Below are positions 20,648 to 30,591 of a DNA stretch of 64,000 nt, one piece after another (the first letter of the stretch is position 1; each line of letters starts with the position of its first letter). The notes beneath the pieces were generated by a model. It ran no database searches. It saw only the letters and a program-made list of their open reading frames with translations, and was not told the origin of the DNA. This DNA comes from a virus: the IMG/VR virus record IMGVR_UViG_3300005099_000066, positions 12,949-76,948 of that record; one strand, 5' to 3'. The translations under genes were made by a program, and so were the position numbers.

Positions 20648-21490
20648 GTGATAATAAAAACAAAAGGTAAAGTTGGATTTAATCATAATGGTGAAACATT
20701 GTTAGAGGCTTTGAAAATAACTGACGAGGAAGTTGAAAAGTTTGATGAATATCTGGAGAAATTTTTGAATGAGCAATCTACAGAAGAAATTCCTCCGAAT
20801 GTGTTGTTGCTTATACTGTATATTGTTGGGCATATTTTTATATTTCCTGACCTTCTTGTTTCCGAAAACACTGTTTCTTTTATGAGATGGATATTGTCTG
20901 TTTTTTACGAATCTAATGAAGTAGAAGTAAATGTCCCTGATGTTATTGAGTTGGAAGAAGCTGATTTGGATTTTGTTATTGTTAAGCCAGATATTCTTAA
21001 TTATATATCTGAGATGGAAAAGATTTTTTGGGGAAATTTGAGAACCAGTGAGAGAATTGCTGTTGCTTATGAAAATTTTGGATATGAAGGAGTTTGTTTT
21101 CTATCTTTTGTTGTAGCTGGTATCAGAATGTATGGTGCTTCTTGTGCTGTATTTTCGAATAGTGTAATTGAAGACTTTTTGGAGAACTTTTCAGATAAAG
21201 ACAAACCTGCTTGAGGAGGCGTTGTTATGATGCCAAAATACAAAGAATGGATTTTGGGGATTATATTGAAATTTTTTCCGAAGTATTTTAAAAAATTATC
21301 AGAGAGAACATACAAAACTGAGATTGGACTTACGGGTCATGTTAGTGACATTGATAAAATGGTGGCAAAAGAGAAAGGTCTTAAGCCTCTTAATGTGTTT
21401 GAAAGATGGTTATTGAAAGAATTTATTGCTTATGAGAAAAAGAGATTACAGCGAAATTTCAAAACAATTTTGGAAGAGTATGGAATATGA
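20648..21490 (+). CDS. Two hypothetical proteins (20648-21214, 21227-21490)
   Basis: ORFs with AGGAGG RBS. Confidence 0.55.
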
Positions 21491-22302
21491 TAAAAACAAA
21501 ATCGTATACTATGTTGCCAATTGCTGATGTGAAAATGAAACATTTGAAAGATTTTAAGTATTACAACACAATTACTTGGTTGAGGGATGGATTTAAAGAT
21601 TTATACCCAGAAGAATTTGCCATAGTGAAAACAACTTGGGGTAGATTTAACCTTGGTATGAAAATTGTAAATAGTTCTGATGTTCCAGTTGATAAAGAGA
21701 AAACATTAAAAGGATGTTCTACTTGTCCTGTATTTATTCAAAAGAAAAATTGGTCTTGTCCTCCTTTGTTTAATTCAACATTTCAAAAACAATTAATAAA
21801 AGGAGGTAATCCTGAAAAAATAACAGTGGTTTGGATGAGAACTTATTTGCCTCCAAGACTTGTGTTCTATTTGAATAATAGTAGATTTATTAAATATCTA
21901 AATTCAGGTGTTTCTAATGTTGAAGAGAATTATTTTGATAAGTGGTTACATTTCGTAAGAAAGAAAACAGAATATTATACTCTTGGTGCTGGTTCTTGTA
22001 GAGTCTGCAAACCTGCTTGTGCTGCGAAATATGGATTGCCCTGTAAAAATCCGAAGTATAGACAGCCTTCTTTAGAATCTGTTGGGGTTCTTGTTAATGA
22101 ATTGATGGAGAATATAATTGGATACCCTATGTATTGGGAAAGGAGAATTTGTAAAGTTGAATTGAAGTATGAAATACCTTTATGGTATTGGTTTGTTGGA
22201 GTCATTTTTTCAAATGAATTGGATAAACAATTTTTGTTTGATGTTTTTGTTGAATCATCTAAATGTAAAGAAAAGGGATGGATATGTTTGAAAAGATTTT
22301 GA
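21487..22302 (+). CDS. DUF2284-like metal-binding protein
   Basis: NWSCPP...GAGSCRVCKPAC...PCKNPKYRQPSLESVGVLV. Confidence 0.75.
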   Translation: MIKTKSYTMLPIADVKMKHLKDFKYYNTITWLRDGFKDLYPEEFAIVKTTWGRFNLGMKIVNSSDVPVDKEKTLKGCSTCPVFIQKKNWSCPPLFNSTFQKQLIKGGNPEKITVVWMRTYLPPRLVFYLNNSRFIKYLNSGVSNVEENYFDKWLHFVRKKTEYYTLGAGSCRVCKPACAAKYGLPCKNPKYRQPSLESVGVLVNELMENIIGYPMYWERRICKVELKYEIPLWYWFVGVIFSNELDKQFLFDVFVESSKCKEKGWICLKRF

Positions 22303-23135
22303 TGGAAATAGAATCTAATAAAAAGGAGGTTATAATGATTTTAAAATTTTCGAGAGAAGAAATTCTTGAAATAGTTAGCAATTTGGATAAAATAGAATTT
22401 TGTTTGAAGCAATTGAAAAATACTGGAATTGATGATATAAAATTGTATTTGTCCCCACCAGGTAGTGATGATGTATTTTTGTATTCTCCAGATGATGTAA
22501 ATTCAATGCTTGGATTTCTTGGTTCAATTGAATATCATGCTAAAAAAGCAAAATTAGTAATTTTGGATAAAATAAAAACGACAAAAAGTAAGGAGGTGTA
22601 AACCATGGCTATATCATGCTTTGGAATTTTGTATGATGAAAAAGACCCAAACTGCCAAATTTGCTCTCTCAGAACTCTCTGTAGAAATGTTATGGAGGGT
22701 TCAATAGAATGGACAACTGCTTTAAAATTCATTGAGGCAGCAAATGTAACAGAAGAACAAAAAGCTGAGAAAAACGAACTAATCAGGCACATAAGAGCTG
22801 AAATCAAGAAAAGAAGCTCTGCTGAACAACAGAAAAAGTCAGTCGAAAAACCGAAAACAAAACTTGTTAAGAAACCGAAAACTAAATCTGAGTCTGAATC
22901 TTTGCCTTTAACTGAGAATGAGGAAAAAATTATTTCAGAAATATCTGAATTTGCTGGCGTTCCTATTAGAATAAAGAAATACATTCCCAGACCAAATCAA
23001 GTTATGATTCTTGTGTCTTGGCCGAAGTTCAAAGTGTATATAAACAGAGATGGAACTATTACTCTGCTGAAGCCAAATATGAAGACAATAGCAAGAAATA
23101 TTTCTCCAAAAGATATACAAAATCATCTTTCGTAG
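22278..23135 (+). CDS. Two hypothetical proteins (22278 or 22335-22601; 22605-23135)
   Basis: Second ORF has N-terminal CFG..YD...CQIC...C metal motif. Confidence 0.55.
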
Positions 23136-23141
23136 AAGAAA

Positions 23142-23801
23142 ATGAGACTGATAATATCTCCACATTGGGATGATTTCTTTCTTTCAGTTCCTTTGGATTT
23201 GATTGTAGATTCTACTGTTGTTATTGTTGCTGGTTACAAAATAAAGTTTGCTAAAGATGTCCTCTCTGAATTATTTGTTAAATATAATGTAAATTTCGAA
23301 TATTTAAATTTGGTTCAGCCAAGAAGGAGATGGATGAAAAATGAAGGTTCTACATGGTGGTTTGTTGATGATTTGGCTTTTGAAATTGCAAAGAAGATAA
23401 AGAAATTGAATTTGGAAAAGTTCAATGAAATCTACATTCCTGCTGGTTATATACATCCTTATCATTTGTTGGTTGCTAATGTTTGTGTTCATATTATGGA
23501 TATAAAGAACAGAATTATCTATGCTGATAGACCATATTATGATTTGTTAAAAAACAACATACAATATAATACACAGAAAGGTTTGAAATGGATGTATGAG
23601 AAATGGATTTCTAATTGGAGTCAGAATATTATGCCGTATTTTCCTTGGGGTGGAGGACCAGTTGTTGTTAATTTAGATAATTGGAGAAGAGAAGGAAAGT
23701 TGGTTCCTTTTGATATTGCTTATGATATAGTAAGATTTGTTGAAGGAAAATCCTTTGTTTTAAGAAAGCCTGATGATGAGTGGGGCTATGTTTGGAAATA
23801 G
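23142..23801 (+). CDS. PIG-L/LmbE-family de-N-acetylase
   Basis: ISPHWDD (PHxDD), GYIHPYH (HPDH variant), IYADRPYY (YxDxPY). Confidence 0.75.
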   Translation: MRLIISPHWDDFFLSVPLDLIVDSTVVIVAGYKIKFAKDVLSELFVKYNVNFEYLNLVQPRRRWMKNEGSTWWFVDDLAFEIAKKIKKLNLEKFNEIYIPAGYIHPYHLLVANVCVHIMDIKNRIIYADRPYYDLLKNNIQYNTQKGLKWMYEKWISNWSQNIMPYFPWGGGPVVVNLDNWRREGKLVPFDIAYDIVRFVEGKSFVLRKPDDEWGYVWK

Positions 23802-24171
23802 AAATTCTTTTTCTATTTGTATTCAAACTCCGTATACGCTGGAATTTGAGCTATCATATGTTTCTTTGTCTTTGAAAAATCTGATAAAAGACACTATGTT
23901 AACTATTGAAAAGATTGAGACTATGATTCAGTATGGAAAGCCAAATTCTCAATTATTTAATGCTCTTTTACAGCAAAGAAAATTCTTGAAAGAATTGGCT
24001 GATTCTGCTGATATGAGAAAGACAGAGATTCTTGGGATTCTGAATAAGGCTATGACAAAAGTTGCTTATGAATTTTCTGGTTATGATGATGAGAAGAAAA
24101 AACTGATATATGAAACATTTAATAAATTAGAAGAACAAGTAATGCAGATATTGGAAAAGGAGTTGAAATGA
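23773..24171 (+). CDS. Hypothetical alpha-helical protein
   Basis: ORF overlapping both deacetylase and glycosyltransferase. Confidence 0.55.
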   Translation: MMSGAMFGNRNSFSICIQTPYTLEFELSYVSLSLKNLIKDTMLTIEKIETMIQYGKPNSQLFNALLQQRKFLKELADSADMRKTEILGILNKAMTKVAYEFSGYDDEKKKLIYETFNKLEEQVMQILEKELK

Positions 24172-25517
24172 AATATATTGATTATGTTAATTTATGGAGA
24201 TATTATTTGCTTGAGTATGAAGCTTTTGAAGATTACTTGAGTTCGAAAAAGCTCCCTCATATGATTATTGTTTATAAGTATGTTGACCAAGCTGGAGGAT
24301 TGCCTATTGCTGCTTATACAAGAAAGAAAATATGGGAATATGCAGGAGGAACTGCTGAACTGGTGGTCATATATGATAGAAAATCTGTTGTTGATATTCC
24401 TTCTGGATGGATAAGAAGAAGTAGAGGTTTGTTACCTCCTGCTGATGTAAAATTATCAAAGCTCAATTACAAGAGGGGGCTTAATAAACTTATGTCTGAA
24501 CATGGTGAAGGAATTGTTTATTGGATGGCAGGATTACAGGCATTTAGATTGGAACCTGAAGTTCTTGAATTCTTTAAAAATCAGAAATCTAAATTTCCTA
24601 AATGGTTGTTTTTAGTTGAACATGGGGATATAGGATTGGTTAGAATGAAAGAAGAAGAATGGGAAGCTTTTATTGAATCTTTTGATTTTGTATCATTTGC
24701 TTCTCCTTGTAAATACTACCACTGTAGGAATAGATATAAATTTAAACCGAAGAATAAAAAATATTTTTCTTTGTTCCTTGTCCCTCTGAAATTTGAGTCT
24801 GAATTCGTTCCTTTTTCAGAAAGAAAGATTTTGAATACTTGGCTTTCTGGTATATTTGCTTGGAGACATCCTTTTGATTGGTATAATTTTGTTGATGAAA
24901 AATACACTTCTTACTTGAAAATTATGAGTCATCAAAGAAGGTCATTTTCAAGAAATTTTAAACCTCTTGGAGTTAAATATTACGATGAAGCAAAAAGAAG
25001 ATTTCCTGAATGGTTTGGCAATAGAAAAAATGCTGGGGCTACTTATACTACTCCTGACAAATTTTCATATGCTGAGTGGAGAAGTATATTGTGGAAAGCT
25101 TCTTCTGATGGAACTCCTGGGACTTGGTTAGATGATACAACTCCATTGGAAGCTATTTGTTCTGGAACTCTTGTTGTTTCAAATTATAGGTTTGCTTCTA
25201 ATCCTCTTTGGAAGTTTGATGGTGAAAATAATGTTTTGTTTGAAATGGATTCTGTAACAGCTTTTGAAGCATTTTTGGATGATTTGTTAACAAATCCAAA
25301 GCCTTATGAAGATTGGGCAAGATATGTCTGGGGAAGATATTCTTATCAAATTGTTAGAGGAACACTTACTGCTTATCTTATTTTCACCCTGTATGAAGCT
25401 TGGAAATCTAATAAGTTAGATGAATACAAGTTATTTCTTGAGGATGATGAAGTTTTTCCTCTTTTTGAAAAAGATATAGAAGCTTCTTTAAAAATTATGA
25501 GGGGAGGTGAGATATAA
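24168..25517 (+). CDS. Putative GT-B glycosyltransferase (candidate DNA glycosyltransferase)
   Basis: N-terminal beta strand then AGG; C-terminal TPLEAICSGTLVVSN resembles the GT4 EAxxxGxPVV motif; 449 aa, basic and aromatic-rich. Confidence 0.55.
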   Translation: MKYIDYVNLWRYYLLEYEAFEDYLSSKKLPHMIIVYKYVDQAGGLPIAAYTRKKIWEYAGGTAELVVIYDRKSVVDIPSGWIRRSRGLLPPADVKLSKLNYKRGLNKLMSEHGEGIVYWMAGLQAFRLEPEVLEFFKNQKSKFPKWLFLVEHGDIGLVRMKEEEWEAFIESFDFVSFASPCKYYHCRNRYKFKPKNKKYFSLFLVPLKFESEFVPFSERKILNTWLSGIFAWRHPFDWYNFVDEKYTSYLKIMSHQRRSFSRNFKPLGVKYYDEAKRRFPEWFGNRKNAGATYTTPDKFSYAEWRSILWKASSDGTPGTWLDDTTPLEAICSGTLVVSNYRFASNPLWKFDGENNVLFEMDSVTAFEAFLDDLLTNPKPYEDWARYVWGRYSYQIVRGTLTAYLIFTLYEAWKSNKLDEYKLFLEDDEVFPLFEKDIEASLKIMRGGEI

Positions 25518-26784
25518 CATGATAAAGGAGAAACTTCGCTTTGTAAGATGTAAAGTTTGTGGTTTTCCATATGAACTTCACTGGGAGGAGTGTGAAGGAG
25601 AAAGAAATGTCTTTGCCATAAAAACGAACTCTTTTGTTAAATCAGGAAATGAAAAAAAGTATAGTTTGAATTCGAGATGCCCCATTTGTGGAGCAAAATT
25701 TTCTAAGAATTTGGAAGAATGTAGTGATATGGATTATTTTACTTATTATTCGATTTGGAATTCTGGTGAAAAATGGATAAAGATTATTGATGATGTTCGT
25801 AATTTCAATACTGTATTCGCAAAACATGACAAAAATATTTTTGTGAAGTTTCATAAGGGCAAAAACAATGTTGATTTGTCTAATGAGGATTTGGTAATAA
25901 ATATGGCCAAAGTTGATTTTGTTGAAATGAAAATAAAAGAGGTTTGTTTTCATTTCAGCAATGGTTCTTTGTTAACTTTAATTTTAAAATTACCTCAGAA
26001 GGAGGAGAATGATGAACAGGGCACAAAAGAGATTGTGTGAAGAAATATGGAGGGTGTTGCCTTTCCCTCCGACAGATGTAAAAACATTTGATGAGTATAA
26101 GAAGTTTCTATTTAAAACATATGCCATACAACTTGATGACTTTCCTGTATGGATAATTTCATATATAGAGAAACATTTTGAAGGCCAGGCTGACGAATCT
26201 GAAGAACTTATGTATGGTCCTTAAAAAGGGGGTGAAAAATGAATATACAAAAAGTAAAACAGGAGTTGGAAAAAGCTGAAAAAATTGTTGAGAATGTTGC
26301 TGAAGAAATAAGAAAAAACATGGAATCTTCTGATACTCCGAATTTGTCTGAAGAAGATATGGAAAAAGAATTCCTTTTTATGCAGGCTATGCGTTTGTTG
26401 AATAAGATTGGAGCTATGAAAGATTTTTCCTGGAGACGCATCGAAATTTTAGAGGACACTCCTATTATATTTAAGATACGAACTTCTTGTGCTTGTGGTC
26501 TTCCAGAGGATTCTTTGACTGTTGAATATTACAGAAAGCATGGTGAAGTATATTTGTATTTATATAATTATTGGTATGACCATCTTGGTTTAGACCCAGC
26601 TACTCCTGCTATAATTTGGAATTTGAAGCGTTTTTGGAATAGATTAAAGATGTTGTGGAAAATTTTTGTTACGGGAAAATTAGAACTATATGGAGAATTT
26701 ATATTCGAAGATTTTAATCATCTGAGAGATTTTATTGAAGCATTGAAGACAATTAATGCAGAATGGAAGCAGAAATCTGAATAA
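25507..26784 (+). CDS. Three hypothetical proteins (25507-26040 Zn ribbon; 26009-26224; 26239-26784)
   Basis: CKVCG...CPICG in the first; coupled ORFs with RBS. Confidence 0.55.
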
Positions 26785-26840
26785 TGGCTGGTTTAATCTC
26801 TAAAATAAAGAGGAACAAAAATTGATAAAGGAGGTTTGAT

Positions 26841-27446
26841 ATGAAGAAGACAATATATGATGAAACACTGCAAGCAATAGGAGAAAAAGTAATAGAGAAG
26901 TTTCATCCACAACTTATGACTTCAGAAATTATGTTTTTATTTGCCGATGATTTGGGAGGATATGGTGGAAGATTTGTATTAGGTAGAGTCAGAAGAGCGA
27001 ATCCAGTTGAAAAGATGTTATATAAGAAAATTTCTGGGGTTCAAAAACCTCTTGAATTTGTTGTTTTGTTGGATTTTCCATCCTCTGTATATGCTTCTGA
27101 AGATTTTGTTGAAATAAAGAGCAAGGTTTTGTTGAGAACAATAGACCATGAACTTTGCCATATAAGAGTTCAAAAGTCAGAAGAAGGTGAGGAAAAGAAA
27201 AAGTTGGTAGGCCATGATTTTGAAGATTTTAAAGATGTTATTGAAAGATGGGGAATATTAGAATTTGTTCAGAACAATTTGGGAGATGAACTCGTTGAAA
27301 GATTGGGAGATTTAATTACTACTTTAAATTCTAAATTGAATGTAATAATAAATGATTTATATGGTTCTTCTGAGGAATTTCTTGAAAGATGTTCCAAAAA
27401 ATTTAGAACAGCTTCTGATATCCAGATTCAATTTCTAATAAAATGA
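26841..27446 (+). CDS. Putative phage metallopeptidase
   Basis: IDHELCHI...GHDFEDFKDVIERWG. Confidence 0.75.
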   Translation: MKKTIYDETLQAIGEKVIEKFHPQLMTSEIMFLFADDLGGYGGRFVLGRVRRANPVEKMLYKKISGVQKPLEFVVLLDFPSSVYASEDFVEIKSKVLLRTIDHELCHIRVQKSEEGEEKKKLVGHDFEDFKDVIERWGILEFVQNNLGDELVERLGDLITTLNSKLNVIINDLYGSSEEFLERCSKKFRTASDIQIQFLIK

Positions 27447-27459
27447 AAGGAGGAGATTT

Positions 27460-29940
27460 ATGTATTCAGAAGGATTTGTAGAATTTAGAGATGCTGTTGC
27501 AAGAGAAAAGTATTTTCTTGAAGGAGAAGAAAGCTGGGATGATGTAATAAAAAGAGTATCAAATGAGATTGGAAATTTTCTCGAAAACAAGTTAAAGCAT
27601 GAAAACAAGGGAAATTTATATAGGGAGATGTATGGCGACAAATCCCCTTCAGAAATCTTCTATAACATGATGTCCCAGAATATATTTATTCCAGGAGGCA
27701 GAATTCTATATGGAGCGGGCAATCCCAATAAAGTGACATTAACAAATTGTTATGTCTTACCTTCTCCAGATGATTCTATTGAAGGTATAATGAAGCTTGC
27801 TACTGAAATGGCTTTGACTTATAGGGCAGGCGGTGGAGTTGGATTTGATATTTCATCCTTAAGACCAGAAGGCTCTCCTGTGAGAAACGCAGCACGAACA
27901 TCCACAGGAGCCTGGAGTTTTATGGAGTTGTATTCTTTAATAACAGGTATAATAGGACAAGCAGGTAGAAGAGGTGCTTTGTTAATAGCTATGGATATAT
28001 CACATCCAGATGTTCTGAAATTTGTATCTGCTAAATCAATAATTTCTCCCAATAATAAAAAGTTTCTACAGCAGGCTTCCTATTTTGGTTGGACTCCAGA
28101 ACAATTGGAGGCAGCAGAAAAGATACTTACTATGTCACAAATAAGGTTTGCTAATCTATCTGTGAAACTTACTGATGAATTTATGAAAGCAGTGAAAGCA
28201 GGAGAGGAGTGGGCTTTCAGATGGAAAGGGAAAGTTATGAAAACAATGCCAGCCAGAGATGTGTTTAAGTATATTGCTGAATTTGCCTGGAAAACTGCTG
28301 AACCAGGGATTTTATTTGTAGATACTGCTAAAAGATATTCAACAACTGAATATTTTTCTCCTATTGTTAATACAAATCCTTGTGGAGAACAGTGGCTTGG
28401 AGCTTATGGGAATTGTAATCTGGGGGCAATAAATGTTGGAAGTCCAGTCTTCTTTAGAGATGGATTTTTTGATTATGTTAATTTTGGTTACTACATAAAA
28501 GTAGCAATTTTGTTTATGAATGCTGTAATCTGGTATAATCTTGATAGACATCCTCTCCCTGAGCAAAAGAAAACTGCTGAAAGGGAAAGAAGAATTGGGC
28601 TTGGAATAATGGGATTGGCTGATGCTTATATAAGAAAAGGAGTTGAGTATGGAGAAGGGAGTTTTACTTCCAAGCTTGCTGAAGTTCTTGCTTATTATGC
28701 TTATTCAGCGAGTATACAACTTTCAAAAATATTTGGTTCATTTCCTGATTACGACCCAGATAAACATTTTGAACAAGAGTATTATAAAAGACTTATTGAA
28801 GAATATCCAGAATTTGAGAATTTATTTAAAGAAGCAAAAGAAGTGGGATTGGCGAACTCTGCTCTTCTAACAATAGCTCCTACGGGAACTACTTCAATAA
28901 TGGCAGGTGCTTCATCAGGTATAGAGCCTGTATTTGGATGGAAAGTCCAAAGATGGTTTGAAACAGCAGGCAAAATGTTTGAATTTTACCATCCAGTATA
29001 TTATGAGTATATAAACAATAACTCTGATGAAAAGCTACCTGAGTATTTTCAAACTTATGCTGATGTTGATTATAGAACAAGATTGGATACTCAAGCAATT
29101 TTACAGAAATTTATTGACAATTCTATTTCTTCGACTGTGAATTTGCCTGAATCTGTTAGTGTTGAAGATATAGAAAATCTGTATATGGAGGCATGGGAAA
29201 AGGGATTGAAAGGCATAACAGTTTACAGAGAGAATAGCAGATTTGCCGTAATCAAAAAGAAAGATGAAAAGTCAGAGGAAAAACAAGAAAAGAAAGAGAA
29301 AAGAGAAGAACTCAAGATATTTATACCTGCTCCAAAAAAGGCAGGGCTTGAAGGAAAAAGATATAGATTCAAATATAAAGACACAGGAATATACATAATG
29401 GTATTTGGAGAAAACAATGTTCCCAGGGAAGTATTTCTGGGTAGTAAAAATTTGAAGTGTTGGGATTTTGCTATTGCTTTGAATACAACTCTGTCAGAAA
29501 TTCTCAGAAGTCTGCCTGAGGATTTGGCAATAACATTTGCTAAAAGAATGGTGAAAAAGTATAAATCATTATCTACGGGAGATTCTGCTTTTATATTTGG
29601 AGAGAAGCTTGGCTCAGTTGTGGGATTGTGGGGTTTGGCTTTGGATTGGTATATGAATGGAATTGACCCAAATGAACTTGAGGAAGAAATAAAGAGAAGC
29701 CTTCTAACAGTGAACATCCCAAATAAGCCAAAGCCTTCTCTAAAAACTTACAACAGCAGTTTTGTTGTTTTATATGAGGGATTGGATTTGAAAAATGGAG
29801 CAGAACTTCCAAATGACGCAGTTATTTCGAGATGTCCTTCTTGTGGTGCTAAACATATAACAAAGGGAAGACCATATTCGTTTGATTGTGAACATCCCTG
29901 TATGGTTTGTGGTTATTCAGAAAAATGTCCAGGAGATTGA
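27460..29940 (+). CDS. nrdJ: Class II (adenosylcobalamin-dependent) ribonucleotide reductase
   Basis: PGGRIL, NCYV, GGGVG, RRGA, TNPCGEQ, CNLG, IAPTGT, SSGIEP, ISSTVN, KGITVYR; C-terminal Cys ribbon; no adjacent beta subunit. Confidence 0.92.
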   Translation: MYSEGFVEFRDAVAREKYFLEGEESWDDVIKRVSNEIGNFLENKLKHENKGNLYREMYGDKSPSEIFYNMMSQNIFIPGGRILYGAGNPNKVTLTNCYVLPSPDDSIEGIMKLATEMALTYRAGGGVGFDISSLRPEGSPVRNAARTSTGAWSFMELYSLITGIIGQAGRRGALLIAMDISHPDVLKFVSAKSIISPNNKKFLQQASYFGWTPEQLEAAEKILTMSQIRFANLSVKLTDEFMKAVKAGEEWAFRWKGKVMKTMPARDVFKYIAEFAWKTAEPGILFVDTAKRYSTTEYFSPIVNTNPCGEQWLGAYGNCNLGAINVGSPVFFRDGFFDYVNFGYYIKVAILFMNAVIWYNLDRHPLPEQKKTAERERRIGLGIMGLADAYIRKGVEYGEGSFTSKLAEVLAYYAYSASIQLSKIFGSFPDYDPDKHFEQEYYKRLIEEYPEFENLFKEAKEVGLANSALLTIAPTGTTSIMAGASSGIEPVFGWKVQRWFETAGKMFEFYHPVYYEYINNNSDEKLPEYFQTYADVDYRTRLDTQAILQKFIDNSISSTVNLPESVSVEDIENLYMEAWEKGLKGITVYRENSRFAVIKKKDEKSEEKQEKKEKREELKIFIPAPKKAGLEGKRYRFKYKDTGIYIMVFGENNVPREVFLGSKNLKCWDFAIALNTTLSEILRSLPEDLAITFAKRMVKKYKSLSTGDSAFIFGEKLGSVVGLWGLALDWYMNGIDPNELEEEIKRSLLTVNIPNKPKPSLKTYNSSFVVLYEGLDLKNGAELPNDAVISRCPSCGAKHITKGRPYSFDCEHPCMVCGYSEKCPGD

Positions 29941-29960
29941 TGTCATCAAGGAATTAGACT

Positions 29961-30164
29961 ATGCCTACTTATATTTACAAATGTAAAAAGTGTAGTTATA
30001 TATTTGAAAAGGAATTTAAAGTAGGTGAAGTCAGAAAGAATTTACATTCTTCTGAGTTGCAAAAGTGTCCAAAATGTGGAGGAGAAGTTTATAGAATTTA
30101 TACTTCTCCCTCACTCAGATTTGTAGGTTCTGGATTTTATGTAAATGATTACAAGGGAAAATGA
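29961..30164 (+). CDS. FmdB-family zinc-ribbon protein
   Basis: MPTYIYKCKKC...CPKCGG...FVGSGFYVNDY. Confidence 0.85.
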   Translation: MPTYIYKCKKCSYIFEKEFKVGEVRKNLHSSELQKCPKCGGEVYRIYTSPSLRFVGSGFYVNDYKGK

Positions 30165-30204
30165 GTTGGAAATTGAATCTAATGAAATAGGGGAGGTGAA
30201 AAGA

Positions 30205-30591
30205 ATGAATAAAAAATTGAAAGAATTTTTTGAAAGTCTGCCAAAAATAGAAGTGCTGAAAATGACTTCCCTTTCAGAATTCGAAGAGCCATTTTCATTG
30301 ATGTTTGAGTTGTATATGGCAAAGAATAAAGGTTATGGAGCTTCCTGGAGAAAGAGAGGAATTCCAAGTTCTTTTGAGAATATAAGCAGAAAATATGACA
30401 GACTTCTTGTTCAAGTAGAAAAATCTAATTTTCATCCAGAAAATCTTTCAAATGAAGAAAAACTTGATTTCTTTGATACGGCAATTGACCTTGCTGTGTA
30501 TTCATATCTTTTTCTTTGGTTTGTATATGATTTGTTTGGAGAAGAAATAGTAAAGGAGTGGAGAAAGAAAGTAGGATTGGAAAATGGATAA
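30205..30591 (+). CDS. Nucleotide-modification-associated domain (DUF1599/Nmad1-like, MazG-like helical)
   Basis: KNKGYGASWRKRG...ISRKYDRL...DTAIDLAVYS. Confidence 0.7.
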   Translation: MNKKLKEFFESLPKIEVLKMTSLSEFEEPFSLMFELYMAKNKGYGASWRKRGIPSSFENISRKYDRLLVQVEKSNFHPENLSNEEKLDFFDTAIDLAVYSYLFLWFVYDLFGEEIVKEWRKKVGLENG

